64,000 bases of DNA, from NCBI RefSeq assembly GCF_006345805.1, contig NC_043001.1, positions 38,068,001 through 38,132,000 on the forward strand, read 5' to 3'. The notes under the pieces were generated by a model, which worked only from the letters and a program-made list of their open reading frames with translations, searched no databases and was not told where the DNA came from. This document shows, one piece after another, positions 1 through 13,869 of this stretch. A program made the translations under genes and the position numbers. Within the stretch, counting starts at the first letter, position 1, and each line of letters begins with the position of its first letter. Source of the stretch: Octopus sinensis (taxonomy: Eukaryota).

Positions 1-2272
1 CAAACTACACTCATTTGAATCAATTGAATCACGTGAATATAACCAATTTAACATATATAGAAACTTAGTACCCATTGAGAGATAATGTTTCGGAAAAAAA
101 AAGTTTATAGATGTACAGTTATGGCTGATAGCATTTCCAATTATGATACAAGTTCGTATTCAATGGGCTTTAAGCATAGATTGCATAACCACTTGATTTT
201 TTGTTCAAATATAAGGATAAAATTAATTGTACAATCTTGAATGAAACACTAAATTTGACTTTAAATGGGCAGTAATTAGTAGAGCTTCACACAAAACTAT
301 TGGGAAATCAAAGTGTAATCTAAGCTTGGAAGAAATGTTCCAGGTTATAACAACAGGTTATTAAATCATAGACATGAATTAGCTCTGAGATGTGTATATT
401 CTTTTAGTAAAATGTTTAAGTACTTCCCATATAAGGATTTTTAATAGAATATCACTTGAGTAAAAGATACATAAGCTAACCTAGTCAAATACCATAGATT
501 TACTCTAGTTAGTCTTTAACAATCTCACAATAAACCTCATCCATCTTTATTTTTTATTTTTTATTATTATTTCTTATTTATTTTTGATTCCTCTTAATCT
601 ATTTACTTATCTTATAAGGTTCATTCTATCTTCATTAAGTATAGCCATTGAGGGATATACTTCTTGGCCAGGCTTCTTCTACTCCTAAGTATATCAAATA
701 ACCTATTCTCTTAAATTCTAAAAGGTCATTCTACGTTTAAATAATATCATATTTCAGAGCAACCTCTACAATCATGTACACTGAGCATTTGTGATTCCCT
801 TACTTCAAGAAGGACAGTTTGCTTCACCCACCCGCATAGGTACAATCTTCAACAAAGTTGCATAGCCATTTCTGCTCTGGATGAATATGTATTGCAACTG
901 AACCAACTAAATGCACATAAATGCTACATCAAGTGACATTAGGAGGCTTATGAAGCACAAACACATATCAGATTGAAATATTGTAATAAACAAGTTTTGA
1001 AGATGTGTGTGTGCACGCTCATGCTTGCTTGAATGCATGTGTGTGTATAAACTATAAAACATGGGGGTTTAGCTCACAGGTGATCTAAACGATTAGGTAT
1101 GCCTGCACCTCAATAACATAAATAAAGAGCATTGTTTTTAAAAAGGTATCAACATCAAAATCTAGGCATTCATTCTCACACATACATACATATATTTATA
1201 TATGTCAAAACTTATTACTTTGAATTTCAGAGATAAACTCAAGCAAAAATTCTAGAATTTGATCAAATCTTGACTATTGCTGGGTTTAAAATTCTTCAAA
1301 CACACTTAGATCCAATTGCGACAACTCAATAAATAAAGGAAGTAAGTTCACTTCAGATTTACATAAAATGAAGCCACTTCTTTCATAATTTCTTTTATAC
1401 ATAGAGTTCTTTGAGGTCAGTTGAAATATATCTGACTATTTTAAATCCAGATCTCTATACATAATCTTAATTTAAATTTATCTGAAACTCAGAGCAATAT
1501 TTTTTACAAAATTGATACTTTAATTACAAAAAGTATTTAATTTCATATCCAAATATTGAGTGCTCCCTTATTTTATGACACTTGTTCAAACATCTTTCTT
1601 TGTCTTTCTCTCTTTCCATCTCACTTTCTGGTTAAGAAACTGACTGTGGCTAGAGCTGTAGAGGGAAAAGTTGCATCAAGCTTAGACACCCAATACTGTG
1701 TGTCATGACTACTGCTTTCCCAAAGTTGATGCTTATAGGTAATGCAGCTTGCAGAGCCCAAGAGGTTATGGGTCCATTAACATAATTTACTTATGATAGC
1801 AATAAAGATGGAACTCAATTCTTCAATACAGCACCTGGGCTCAGAAGCACAAATATAACTTTGTATGTAATATGTATACAGATGTAAAAGTAATATGTAT
1901 TTTACTTCCAATTTATTTAACACATATTTAATATTAATAGCTATATTTCAATTAGGTGTAAATAATCTGAGAAGCATATAAATGTAGAGCTTTTAGCTGA
2001 TAAGCTCCACAGAGATTATCACATTAGTTTGACTACAATACACAAATAAATTATAAACAATAGGTGAAACAGGGTTTTCAGTTCAAGGTGGAAAGTATTG
2101 ATGGGAGAAGATTTGAAAAGAAGATATTAGATCAGTTCTGAGCATGTAGGGCTTTACAAACACTAGATAGATAGAGTTGCTTTGCTGCATACTCATCTCA
2201 CTCATAACCACATGGTAAAATAGATGCTAAAGATAATAAGATTAGTGATAATGATATTGTTTTAATTTTTAC

Positions 2273-2427
2273 CTGAATTTTGCAGTCGCCAAGTTTTAGT
2301 GAATTTAGTATTTGGTGGAACTGACTCTCCTTCTCCAACAGTGACATCTTTGACAAAAGACATGGACGGTAGGCGAATACTAGGTTGTTCAAAATCATAA
2401 TATGAACAAATTGCAGCTTGCAAATTC
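2273..2427 (-). CDS. ILRUN: ILRUN/C6orf106 homolog, coding exon 2 (end of UBA-like region, start of NBR1-like FW domain)
   Basis: Encodes (W)NLQAAICSYYDFEQPSIRLPSMSFVKDVTVGEGESVPPNTKFTKTWRLQNS(G), matching human ILRUN NLQAAIGAYYDFE...SMSFVEDVTIGEGES. Acceptor tttttcag|G and donor CAG|gtaaaa; 155 nt. Phase is compatible with exon 1 (TG+G=Trp). Confidence 0.96.
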
Positions 2428-2779
2428 CTGAAAAACACAAAATTGAAACTTATGATCTTTAACACAATAATAATGTGAGGCCAATTCATGCATTTCACAC
2501 TAAGAATAGAAAAGAAGATATTGATTTAACTCCTTTCTCAAAAGCCTTAGCAATGAAAAGTAATGATATCATGAGATTTGGTCAATAGTTCAGAAAATTG
2601 CTGAAGGTGCAAAAAGTGGAGAAAATGAAAATTGTGAAGGAAACACATTAATATACTTTTGCCTCATAACAAAATAAAAAAGACAAAAACAAAAACAGCA
2701 CAAACTTAAACAGACATGAGGACTATTTGAAAAGTTTCATTCTTTATAAAAATTTAAAGAAATATTTTCTGTTTATGTG

Positions 2780-5700
2780 ATCTTGACTTGGCTTTGTGAA
2801 TGAAGGTTTGAAAAGGGGCTGGTTCAGATTGACTGCTGGCACACTCATGGCTGAGAAGACCAATGTAAGACAGGAAGGTACAGCCACTGTGGCTGGTCAG
2901 GATTTGATGACGTGGTGGTGTAGTTCTTCCTCCTACACCTTTTGTCCTTGAGACTGGCCCTGTGGGGGTTTTCAAAGGAGGAGACAGCATGGTTGATGGT
3001 GAGATGCCAAGCATCACAGTCCTCAGCTAGGGTGGACCACCAGCAATGGTCAATGTGACAGGCACCAAGGGATTTTTTTCAAGCAGTCTTTTTATCACTT
3101 CTCTGGTGCCTTTCTGTCACAATGGCCAGTGTAGAGGTCACTGTAAAGCATGATCTTGGGTAGGCAATGATTCTTCATCCTAGTGACATATCCTGCTGAC
3201 TACAGCAACATGTTCTTGATGCTGGTGACCTCTACTTGTTTAAAGACTTCAATACTGGTGATGATGCCATTCTAGTAGATGTTGAGGATAGTGCAAAAGC
3301 AGCACTGATTGAAGTGCTCAAGGAGTCATACAGATCAGCATGTACAGAGCCATAGTATTTACCACATAGGGGAGTGGTAAATACTATTGCTCTGTACATG
3401 CTGATCATGGTGCCCATTTTCAGGTGTTTGTTGTTCCACATGCATTTGTATGGCCTATCAAATGCACTGTTCACCTTTGCTAGTCTGTTGTCTATTTCCC
3501 TGTTGATCTTGACATTTGACATAGTGGTGCACCCCAGGTAGGTGAACCAATGAACTATTTTCAATTCAGTCTCACTAATGGTGATCCGAGGAGAGTGATA
3601 TTCTTCCCAAGGTGCAGGCTGATGGAGTACCTCCATCTTTAAGCTGACTTCAAGCCCAAAGAGCTAGACAGCTTCTGCATGGCTCTGGGCAACAAGGGCA
3701 ACATCAGTGGCAAAGAAGACATCTTGGATTGGTTGTTCCAGGGTCTTCATGTGGGCCTGTAATCATTGAAGATTAAACTGGTTGCGATCAAGATGGTCTC
3801 TGATATAGACTCACACTTCATTGGCAAAATCTTTTGTGACCTACTTGAGCATCATGCTGAAGAAGATGGCAAAGAGAGTTGGTGCCAGTATGCAACCCTG
3901 TTTCACTCCATTGGTGATTGGGAGGGCTCTGAGCAGTCATTGCTGAGTCTGACTTGGCCACACTGGTCTTCATGCAGTTGGATGACCATATTCAGGAAGT
4001 TTGAGGGACAACCAAGTCATTCCATGATCTTTTCACATTCCTTTCCTACTCAATATGTCAAATATTTTAGTCAGGTGAACATATGTTACATACAACTCTT
4101 TGTTTTGCTCCTGGCACTTTTCTTGGAGCTGCCTGAGAATAAATACCATGTCTGTGGTGTACCTGTTGGCTCTGAAGCCACACTGGCTCTCTGGAAGGTC
4201 TTCTTCAGTGATGGTGGATACCAGTCTATTCAACAAAATCCTTGTGAGGATTTTTTCTGTGGGAGGAGAGCAGAGTAATCTCTCAGTAATTAGAGCAGTC
4301 TGACTTCTCCCCTTTGTTCTTATATAAAGTGATGATAATTACATTGCGGAGATCTTGTGGTAGTTTGCCCTGCATGCAGCTACAGACAAAGAGCTTGTAA
4401 AGTTTTGTATGTAACACTGGGCCTCCATGCTTCCAAATCTCTGGTGGGATCCCATCACCTCCTGCAGCTTTGCCATTCTTCAGTTGCTCGGTGAACTCTT
4501 CAATGGTGGGCAACTCACCTAATTTTACTTTTACTAATTGTTGGGGAAAACAGAGAATTGCTGATTCCTGGACAATGTAGTTAGCACTGAAGAGGGCCTG
4601 GCCTCTACTCTATGTTTTACTCTGGACTTGATGTGAAGGACAATAGAAGCCCCTGATGTCTCCAGTGTCTGCACACAGCTGACTTCTCTCAGTAAGATTG
4701 GTCCACCACTTGTTCTGGACCTTTTGAAGCTTGTACTGGAGGTTACTGCATACAAGATGGAATGCAGCTTTCTTCTCAGGACAAGATAACTGAGCTAAAT
4801 GGGCCTGATGTATGACTCTCTTCACCAGCCATACTCAAATGTCCTCATTGTTTTCATCAAACCAGTCTTTGTTTTTCCTTGAAGTGAATCCAAAGACTTC
4901 CCAAAATGTCTGCAGAATGAGTTTCGTGTTGTTTCCAAAGTGTTCCAGTAAAGGGATCAGTGAGGACACTTGCATTTTCAAGCTTCAACTGAAGAGCTGC
5001 CAAAAATTTTGCTTTCACTTCAGCTGACTGGAGACTGCTAACCTTTAACTTTTCCCTGAGGGCTCATCCTTTCTTTGGAACAAGGCAATGGTTGGTGTGA
5101 CATTCTACACTTGACGGACACACTGGTCATCACTTTGGTATGCAAGACATCTTTCATATCATGAGGGCACACTAAAATCTAATCAATGAGGTGTTAATGT
5201 TTGTACCAAGAATGCATCCAGGTTGTTTTCGAACTGTCTTTCTTCTGGAAGACAGTGTTTGTGATGACTAGTTGGTCCTTTCATACCTTTGCAGGTGGGT
5301 GTGTATCACTTTCTCCTTGATGCTGCTTGACCGCAAGCGAAGATGCCTGTTGACAGTAGTTTGCCACTGGGAAGTGGGGCAGGAGACAAGCTTTGTTTAG
5401 GCCATCTATTCTAGGCCCCTCTCCATATGGAGCAAGCAGTGCTGTCCCTAAAAGGCAGTTTGGTTATTCAAGGTGTGCAGAACAATGCTGTCATCACCAG
5501 GTCACCATCAAATGACCAATATCCTAAACCACCTGCATGCAGGACTAGGACAATAGCTTCCAGTGTTGTCTTCCACCTGCCATTTACACTCTTTTCCCAT
5601 TGCTACAGGACTTGGAATAATTGGTGGTTGTGTCCGTCAAGCCTGTGCAGTGGAGTTTTTAGGTGAAGAGCAGTGTGCACTGAACTGGCCCAACTATTTA

Positions 5701-5830
5701 CACCCAGGGTTCATTTGCCATGGCCCAGCAAGCTAGGATAATGACAGCAGGGTCCTCAGGTTAAAGGTTTCACACCAGATTTTCCTTCTCCTATCCTCTG
5801 GCTCAAAAACCTTCATCAGAAGCACAGGGG
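2780..5830 (-). mobile_element. RTE-clade (BovB-like) LINE, long, degenerate
   Basis: Frameshifted ORF2 fragments include QLKNGKAAGGDGIPPEIWKHGG, LPESQCGFRANRYTTDMVFILRQLQEKCQEQNK and FTYLG...INREIDNRLAK. The 3' end is near 2780. Boundaries approximate. Confidence 0.88.
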
Positions 5831-5949
5831 CAGTTACCCAGGCTGGGAAGAGGTGACTACTGGATGCTACACAACATGTCCATGGACTGAGGGTCTTGGT
5901 ACATCAAGTCTGTTCAGTACACTTTGCCACTAAGCCTATTTAACCTATA

Positions 5950-6095
5950 GATGGAACCCTGATGGGTCCTACCACCCTGGGTCAGAGCAGACCCAGAGTA
6001 ATAGTAACTAAAGGATAACTCCATTCTCCCGAGAATCTCAGAACTCTTGAATTGGAGCCTCACCACCAGCTGCAGTTTACTGTCATACCCAGAAC
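5950..6095 (+). repeat. Short interspersed repeat fragment (recalled as common in octopus genomes)
   Basis: cctgggtcagagcagacccagagtaat...ggagcctcaccaccagctgcagtttactgtcatacccag; recognised from memory only. Confidence 0.45.
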
Positions 6096-6204
6096 TATTT
6101 ATGTGATAGCATATCAGAAAAGTAGGGCAAAGATGACAGTTTCTTTAACATAAAGTAAGACTAAATACAGCAATTATGATCACACACAAGCATATGTATG
6201 TACA

Positions 6205-6235
<31 letters not shown>

Positions 6236-6439
6236 CAGCAGCAGCAGCAGCAGCAATTAACATTTATGTTCCATGCTCACATGGGTTGAATGAGTTGACA
6301 GGATCTGACAGAATCAAGGACTGCATCGTGCTCCAATGTCTGCTTTAGCATGGTATTTATCAGCCCTTGAAAAGTTGCAATGCAGCTTGCAAGACTAAGA
6401 TCTCATTCATCTGAGTGGGGCTACAGGAGAGCGGGGTGG

Positions 6440-7990
6440 CTTTATGATGAGGGACTTAAATATGAAAAAAGGGGTCAGAAGAGAAATGGTTTCTTACTAT
6501 AGTGTAGTACATGGCTTCCCCCATTATAGAAGAAAGAAAGAAAATGTGGGAGTGACTAGGATGGAAATGGTCATAGATAAAATAATGGTGATGAGGTGTC
6601 ATGGTGGAGCTTCAAGGTACAAGGTACAGTCTTTCCTTCATTCTGTGAGAGAAAATCTTTGTTTCCAGCAGAGTAACTACTCCCTGATCTTCTCCCAGTC
6701 TGTTCTTCTTCTGGTTTTTAAAGCACTCCACTTCCCACCTATGTAACAGAAACTATCAACTAATACTAGAGAACAGTTAAAGCACTTGAGAAAATCTATT
6801 TCATGTGTGCTCATAGTGCTTGCAACTCCTGAGTATCTAGCACATATAAAACTTACTTTCCCTTTAGTTTGCCTCTGATTTCACTATGCTATATAGTTTA
6901 CAGTGACTAGTTTCTACCTATTCCTTTTCTGCATATCAAGTTTGGCCATTTCCATGATGGTAGTAGTGTCCTGCCTTCTTTTCTACTCACTAAAACTTAA
7001 ATATTTACTAAGTTTACTTTGAGGCCTCTCAATTCTAGGTTTGCTCCCACATCTGAATTTTCTTCTCTAATTCTCCTTCAGACCCTGTCATTAGAATTAA
7101 GTCAACTGCATAATGAGTTTCTACAGACTAGTGGTCTTAGATTCTTTTGTTATGGTCTGGAGGATTATCATAAACAGAGATAAGTTAAAAACTGATCCCA
7201 GATAGATCACTACTGTTACGCAAAATGTATTGCTGTTCTTATTATTAATTCTTACCTGACTGACTGCACCTCTGTACATGGTTTGCATGGTTTTCACAAG
7301 CCATTCTTCTATCCCTGTCTTCCTTAGCAACTACTAAATTACTTAGTGTGGAATTTTGTCAAAGGCCTTCTCTATATCAACAAATGCTAGATTCAATGAC
7401 TTCTACCTAAGCACATTTCTTGAAATTGTCTCAATAAATAGAGAGAATTAGTACTATCTTTTCCCAGCAAAAAGCCAAACTACATCCCTTCCTAATCAAT
7501 TATGTTGTGACACTCTCTGTCAGTAACTTTCAGAAGCTAATGCCTGTGCAATTTCCTCAGTCTATTATATCTTTTCCTTTTTGATAGTTGACAATGACAG
7601 TGCTACATTAGTCATTGGGAATGATGCTTTCCTGTATTGGCTGATTATGTGGATGACTATCAATGTCTCCTACTCCACTGGACATTTTAATCATCTTGGA
7701 AACTATCCCACTTAGACCAGTAACCTTCTGTGTTCATATCTTTAATCATCTTAACTGTACTGCTGTCAAATTATATAGCTGGTCCCTTTATTGGGTCTAC
7801 TTAGAGTAAGCCCTCCCTCAAGTAGTCCCCAGATTTAAAAGGCTCTCACAGTAGCACTTCCAACATTCTGTATACACTCCTTAACACATCTGTTTTCTCT
7901 GGCACACTCTTGTGTAATCCAGAAAACATCATGCTTCTGGTTCTTACACTGCATCCAACTAACCCAAACAAGCATAGAAAGTGAATATTA
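6440..7990 (-). mobile_element. Old RTE LINE remnant
   Basis: ORF 7121-7330 LRKTGIEEWLVKTMQTMYRGAVSQVRIN...GSVFNLSLFMIILQTITKE is an RT domain segment. Flanks are heavily decayed. Confidence 0.65.
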
Positions 7991-8419
7991 AAATGATGGA
8001 AATGATAATATATTCACACACATATTTACACATGTAGGCATAAAAACATACTACCCATTACATGTATTACCTAGGTTCATGCATGTTTATTTACTATATA
8101 TCTCAGGGCATGTATAAATTATCCAATTTATTATATTCCTTCTGTAGACCACTTTGAAGGTATTTTTGTTTACCTTGCTAAGACAAGTATCATTTATTGG
8201 TGATATATATACAATAATAGTTTCTTTCCTCTGTCTGTTTCTGGTCAATTTATATACAAGTGATTCATGGTGTCCACAACTGCTATATATTGTGTGGCCA
8301 AAGAGCAACTGTTTTCAGTTCAACATCAGCTATTAGGTAACTGGTAGTAGATATTCTATGATTTTTTTTTTTGTGGTATTTGAGATTCATTCTTATTTGA
8401 GTAATTCTCATACACAAGT

Positions 8420-8810
8420 GTGGCTGTGTGATAAGAAGTTTGCTTCCCAACCACATGGTTCCAGGTTTAGTTCCACTGCATGACACCTTGGGAAAGTATC
8501 TTCTACTATAGCCCTGGGTTGACCAATGCCTTGTGAGTGGATTGGATTTGATAGACAGAAACTGAAAGAAGCTTGTTGTATGTATCTGGCCCCTGTGCGA
8601 GTGGTACATAAAAAACACCAACTACACTCACGGAGTGGTTGGCGTTAGGAAGGGCATCAAGCTGTAGAAACACTGCCAAATGAGACTAGAGCCTGGTGCA
8701 GCCTCCATGGCTTACCAGACCCCGGTCGAACCATCCAACCCATGCTAAGATGGAAAACAGACGTTAAATGATGATGATGATGATGATATATATGTGTGTG
8801 TGTGTGTGTT

Positions 8811-8859
<49 letters not shown>

Positions 8860-9100
8860 GGGAGAGAAAGAGAGAGTGTGTGTGTGTGTCTTTGTATCTA
8901 TGTTTGTCCCTCACCACTGCGAGACAACTGGTGCTAGTGTGTTTACACCCCCGTAACTTAACAGTTCAGCAAAAGAGACCAATCGAATAAGTACCAGGCT
9001 TAACAAAATAATTACTAGGGTTGATTCATTTGACTAAAACTTTTCAAGGTGGTGTCCCTGCATGGCCACTGTCTAATGTCTGAAACAAGTAAGAGACAAA
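8420..9100 (+). mobile_element. tRNA-derived SINE (family A) split by an RTE 3'-end fragment (~8585-8790) and GT/GA microsatellites
   Basis: The head tggctgtgtgataagaagtttgcttcccaaccacatggttcc and tail aataagtaccaggctt...gtctgaaacaagtaag match the intact copies at 12826 and 47687. The insert matches the RTE 3' UTR with an (ATG)n tail. Confidence 0.85.
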
Positions 9101-9309
9101 AGATATATAAACTCCTACCATCAAATATCTGCTGAATCAGCACTCATTCCCAGTTATAAATATCTTGCTTTGATTAACTAAAATTGGTTCATATGTGCAC
9201 ACACACACACACGTACATGTAGACAAATATGAAAAAGGTTATTAAAAAGTAATAATAGCAAAAACAAAGACAAAGAACACTGGCAATTTGGAGATCGGAA
9301 CTTAGCCAT

Positions 9310-10320
9310 TCATCATTATCATCATTTAACATCCGGTTTCCATGCTAGCATGGGTTGGACGATTTGACTGAGGACTGGCGAACCAGATGGCTGAACCAGG
9401 CTCCAATCTGATCTGGCAGAGTTTCTACAGCTGGATGCCCTTCCTAACGCCAACCACTCCGAGAGTGTAGTGGATGCTTTTACGTGCCACCAGCATGAGG
9501 GCCAGTCAGGCGGTACTGGCAACGGCCATGCTCAAATCATGTTTTTTACGTGCCACCTGCACATGAGTCAGTCCAGCAGCACTGGCAACGACCTCGCTCG
9601 AATGTTTTTTCACGTGCCACCAGCACAAGTACCACTCAGGCGACGCTGGTAATGATCACACTCAAATGGTGCTGCTCTAGCAACGATCGCACTTGGATGG
9701 TGCTCTTAGCGCTCCACTAGCACGGATGCCAGTCAACGAATTTGATTTCGATTTCAATTTCGTTGCAAGCAGAGTTTAGTGTGCAATGAAGGAAAGGTAC
9801 GCATAAATGGGCTGGTTACACCACTGGCATAGGCCACAGGTTATGGTCTCACTTAGCTTGCCAGGTCTTCTCAAGTACAGCATATTTCCAAAGGTCTCGG
9901 TCACTAGTCATTTCCTTGGTGATGCCTAATGTTCGAAGGTCATGCTTCACCACTTCATCCCAGGTCTTCCTGCATCTACCTCTTCCACAGGTTCCCTCAA
10001 CTGCTAGGGTGTGGCACTTTTTCACACAGCTATCCTCATCCATTCTCGCCACATGACCATACCAGCACAGTCGTCTCTCTTGCACACTACATCTGATGCT
10101 TCTTAGGTCCAATTTTTCTCTCAAGGTACGTACACTCTGTCAAGTATGCACACTGACATTACACATCCATCGGAGCATATTGGCTTCATTCCTTGCAAGC
10201 TTACGCATGTCCTCAGCAGTCACTGCCCATGTTTTACTACCATGTAGCATGGCTGTTCGTACACATGCGTCATACAGTCTACCTTTTACTCTGAGCAAGA
10301 GGCCTTTTGTCACCAGCAGA
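9310..10320 (-). mobile_element. 5'-truncated RTE LINE (C-terminus plus 3' UTR with ~55-60-bp internal subrepeats and a (CAT)n-type tail)
   Basis: ORF 9849-10124 RSIRCSVQERRLCWYGHVARMDEDSCVKKC...GRGRCRKTWDEVVKHDLRTLG. Confidence 0.9.
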
Positions 10321-12049
10321 GGTAAGAGCTCTCAATTGTCTGGATTTGGTTACAGAAATCTTTAACTGAAAGGGGAGAAGGTAACATTTGGGTTTTATTT
10401 TAGAGCAGGCAATTGATCAGAAGCAAAATAATGTATGATTCTGAAATTAAACTGAAATTTTCTTGAAACTGTGGCTATAGAGATTGGTAATCCTAACATC
10501 CAGATCTAGGACTCTCTTAATTAAAGACTTTTCATGAAAAGTGAATGACATGTAGTTGTCATGGTTGAAGATTTTTGCTGATAGCAACTGGGTGGGTGTA
10601 TAAAAACAAACAGAAATGGATGATTAAAAATTTGAATGATTCCAAAGATGAAGAAGTTATAATCATTCAGTCTGTTTTCTTTTCTGATAAAATATACACA
10701 AAAAAATTGCCCATTCAAATGCTCGGCATGATCCATACTCTGCATGTAGGAACTTTGCTTAGAAAATGTCACATGAATCTGTGAATTTCATTTTGGAGAT
10801 AAAACAGTATACATATGTGGAAGCAGACTACCTGCTATAAACAGACAAGAGAATTTGTTGTAGCTGTTGAAGATAAAATGATATTTGGTAAAGAGCACAG
10901 TTATCCGGTGCGCTTGACAGACTATCAAAGTTTACAAAAGCACATAAAGAATTATTTCTGTATATGTAATTTGTTTTAGAGCACTAGAAGAAAAGGACAT
11001 CAGGGACAGTGTAGCAAATGTAAGAACAAAAATTTTATTGAGTTGAATTCAACTGATTTGACAACAGTTTAGAAAATTATTGAAGGACTTACAAAATTAC
11101 AAACTTGCCCTTAACTACTTGTAGATTTCCAAGCAAAATGAAAACTGCAAAAGCCATGGCATCACACAAAACTAGGAATAAACACCATTTTACAAATAAT
11201 AGAGGGTTTTTTTCCCCTTAAATCTCTAAGATATTGGAAAAAGTCAAGATAAAGTCACTGAGAATCACAAACTAAGATCTGTCAGTATACATTCAGAATG
11301 TTTAGATAACTTCTTTAGTGCTAATCAAATTAATCAAAGAAATTATTAATTGTATAGGTTAAAAAAGTACAGAGTGGCAGTATTTAAAAATCTAAGAAGA
11401 TATATTGACATCATTGGTCACAATATACCACTTGATAAATTGGAAGATATGGTATCAGACAGGTTAGGCTTAATTGGTTTAATAATCATGTAAAAATTTG
11501 TATAGGTGGGTAAATGAAGATGCATAAATATTACTAGTAGAGTAATTCATAGGTTAGTATTAAGATCAAAATGGTTCATTTTGCATGTAAATAATATATG
11601 TAGAGTATCAAAAATACTGAAATTTGTTCTATTTGCAAATGACAAAAATGTGTTTTGTCTGGGAAAAAAATTTACATCAACTTCTGAAGATAGTCACAAC
11701 AGAAATGAGAAAACTGAAATGGTGGTTTGACATAAACAAATTAACATTAAATTTGAACAAACAATGATTATGTAGCTTAGAAATAGTAAAATAAACACTC
11801 AAGTACAAGTAATGATATATAATATCAATACAGAAAGAGTATATATAAAACTAATTTCTGGATGTGATCCAAAATCTACAGGAAACCTTCCCTTTGAACA
11901 AGTGAGCATGCTTTAGCATGTGCAGTTACAATTGACTCCACTCCTAGAAGATGTAAAACTGTTTGGCTACGTGATTTTGAGTTTATGTCTCATTAATTGG
12001 CAGAAACTAAATTGGAAGACATTCATTAGCAAAAGTTTTGTTCACTCTT

Positions 12050-12480
12050 GAACATTAAACAGGAATATTAAGTGACCGACAACTAAGTCCTAGAAAGAGC
12101 CAACAGTCAAAGCACCAAATGGTCAGAACATGTAACAAGAATGGAAGAGTCAAGGTTCCCATGCCAAGTCTTATCCAGTGAGCTCTCTTCAGAGAAAATA
12201 TCATGGAATTACCCTCTTGAAGATACAAAATCCAACTCAAAACAACACCAAAAGCCACAAGCCCAAGATCTTACCAACTGGTGGTGTTCCATCACCATTA
12301 GAACCAAAAACTTCAAAGCCACCATAAGAGAAAAGGAAGAAATCAAACAAGAGAGAAAGGCTCAACAAAATCAACCTTGTCCTTCACCAACATTACCATG
12401 CAGTCAACACCATCGACTCTTCCATGCAAGTCTACATAGTCATCAATGCTATCACCATAAAATCAGCAAAAAAAGAAATT
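12050..12480 (+). mobile_element. Old RTE C-terminal remnant
   Basis: EHVTRMEESRFPCQVLSSEL resembles the RTE motif GHVxRMxxxRxPxxxLxxEL. Confidence 0.5.
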
Positions 12481-12825
12481 AAATTCTTGGTTATGAGATA
12501 AAGTTGAGGACAATGACGATGATAAATTGACAGAAATATTATTTTCAGCCATAAACACAACACCAAATGGCTAACAACATTTACGTCTTCCAGGATATAG
12601 TCAAAGAAAATGATGCCTGCTAAAGTGTTTTCACAGGTTTAAGAGGTTTTAAAGTGACACACCTTGAAGTTCAAAGATTCTGTAGAACTTAAAGTAGCAC
12701 AAATAATGCTTAAAGCAAGAAATAATTTGCTTTTGGGTAATATACACAAAATGTTCTTTGAATAAGATGGCATGGTAATTTGAGAGGAAACTTTAGTCTA
12801 AAGAAAATTCTTGTGTTCATATAGG

Positions 12826-13205
12826 TGCAGGAGTGGCTGTGTGGTAAGTAGCTTGCTTACCAACCACATGGTTCCGGGTTCAGTCTCACTGTGTGGCACC
12901 TTGGGCAAGTGTCTTCTAGTATAGCCTCAGGCCAACCAAAAGCCTTGTGAGTGGATTTGGTAGATGGAAACTGAAAGAAGCCTATCATATATATGTATGT
13001 GTGTTTGTGTGTCTGTGTTTGTCTCCCAGCATCGCTTGACAACCAATGCTGCTGTGTTTACGTCCCAGTAACTTAGCAGTTTGGCAAAAGAGACAGATAG
13101 AATAAGTACTAGGCTTACAAAGAATAAGTCCTGGGGTCGATTTGCATGACTAAAGGCAGTGCTCCAGCATGGCTGCAGTCAAATGACTGAAACAAGTAAA
13201 AGAGT
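12826..13205 (+). mobile_element. tRNA-derived SINE, family A, full length
   Basis: ggtgcaggagtggctgtgtggtaagtagcttgc...ggttccgggttcagt head and ...aaatgactgaaacaagtaaaagag tail; colinear with the copy at 47687-48062. Confidence 0.9.
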
Positions 13206-13610
13206 ATACCATTAAGAGGATATATATTTCGATCAATGGGGTGAAATTGTGGAATGGTTTGGATGTGGAACTAAACCAAAGTACAAACATTATTCATTTC
13301 TAAAAGATAAACAAAAAAATTGTTTTTAAAAGGTACGGGGGTGAAAAGTAATAATGGTTTAAATTTTATTTTATTGCCATCAAATGGATAATTAGGTTAT
13401 ACACAGAATTAGGATAGCTATGCATGCAAATGTGCTGAGTTGTGGATAGAACGGAAACGGTTTATGAAATGTACATACGAGTTAAATAAGTTATTAAAAA
13501 GTAAGAATTTCAACTCCTTCCGACTCCTTTTTTGAACAGGTTATATTTAATTTGTCTTGGCTTTGAAAATTCATTTAAGTTTGTTCCTTTTATTGTTATT
13601 ATTATTATTA

Positions 13611-13825
13611 AAGGCAGTGAGCTGGCAGAATTGTTAGCATGCCAAGTGAAATGCTTAGTGGTATTCCGTCTACCATTAGGTTTTGAGTTCGAATTCCACT
13701 GAGGTCAACTTTACCTTTCATCCTATCAAGGTTGATAAAATTAGTACTAGCTACATACTGGGGGTCAATGTAATCGACTTAATCCTTTCCCCAAAAATTT
13801 GAGGCCTTGTGCTTCCAGTAGAAAG
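13611..13825 (+). mobile_element. tRNA-derived SINE, family B (Meta/MESC-like core), followed by (ATT)n
   Basis: aaggcagtgagctggcagaa...gagttcgaattcc...gaggtcaactttacctttcatcc; homologous to the copies at 49449-50290. Confidence 0.8.
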
Positions 13826-13869
13826 GATTATTATTATTATTATCATTATTATTATTATTACTATTATTA

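Noticed and set aside
1-2272. ILRUN exon 3 (expected AEAWPPGVCLKY-like peptide)
   Set aside because: No such peptide was recognised with splice sites in the parts I translated; the exon probably lies left of the window.
2262-2498. 78-aa ORF as a stand-alone protein
   Set aside because: Only 2273-2427 is homologous to ILRUN. The rest is intron read-through around clear splice sites.
3766-4278. 170-aa plus-strand ORF (similarly 13886-14257, 33467-33739 and 34366-34725)
   Set aside because: These are antisense shadows of LINE RT frames on the minus strand.
5790-5825. CTGATGA followed by a small stem on the minus strand at the RTE 5' end
   Set aside because: No GAAA follows the stem and there is no stem I or III, so it is not a hammerhead.
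8657-8956. His-rich and MMMM/RERE ORFs (also 29308-29586, 42174-42488, 42990-43299 and 43549-43873)
   Set aside because: They are translations of microsatellites with no evidence of coding.
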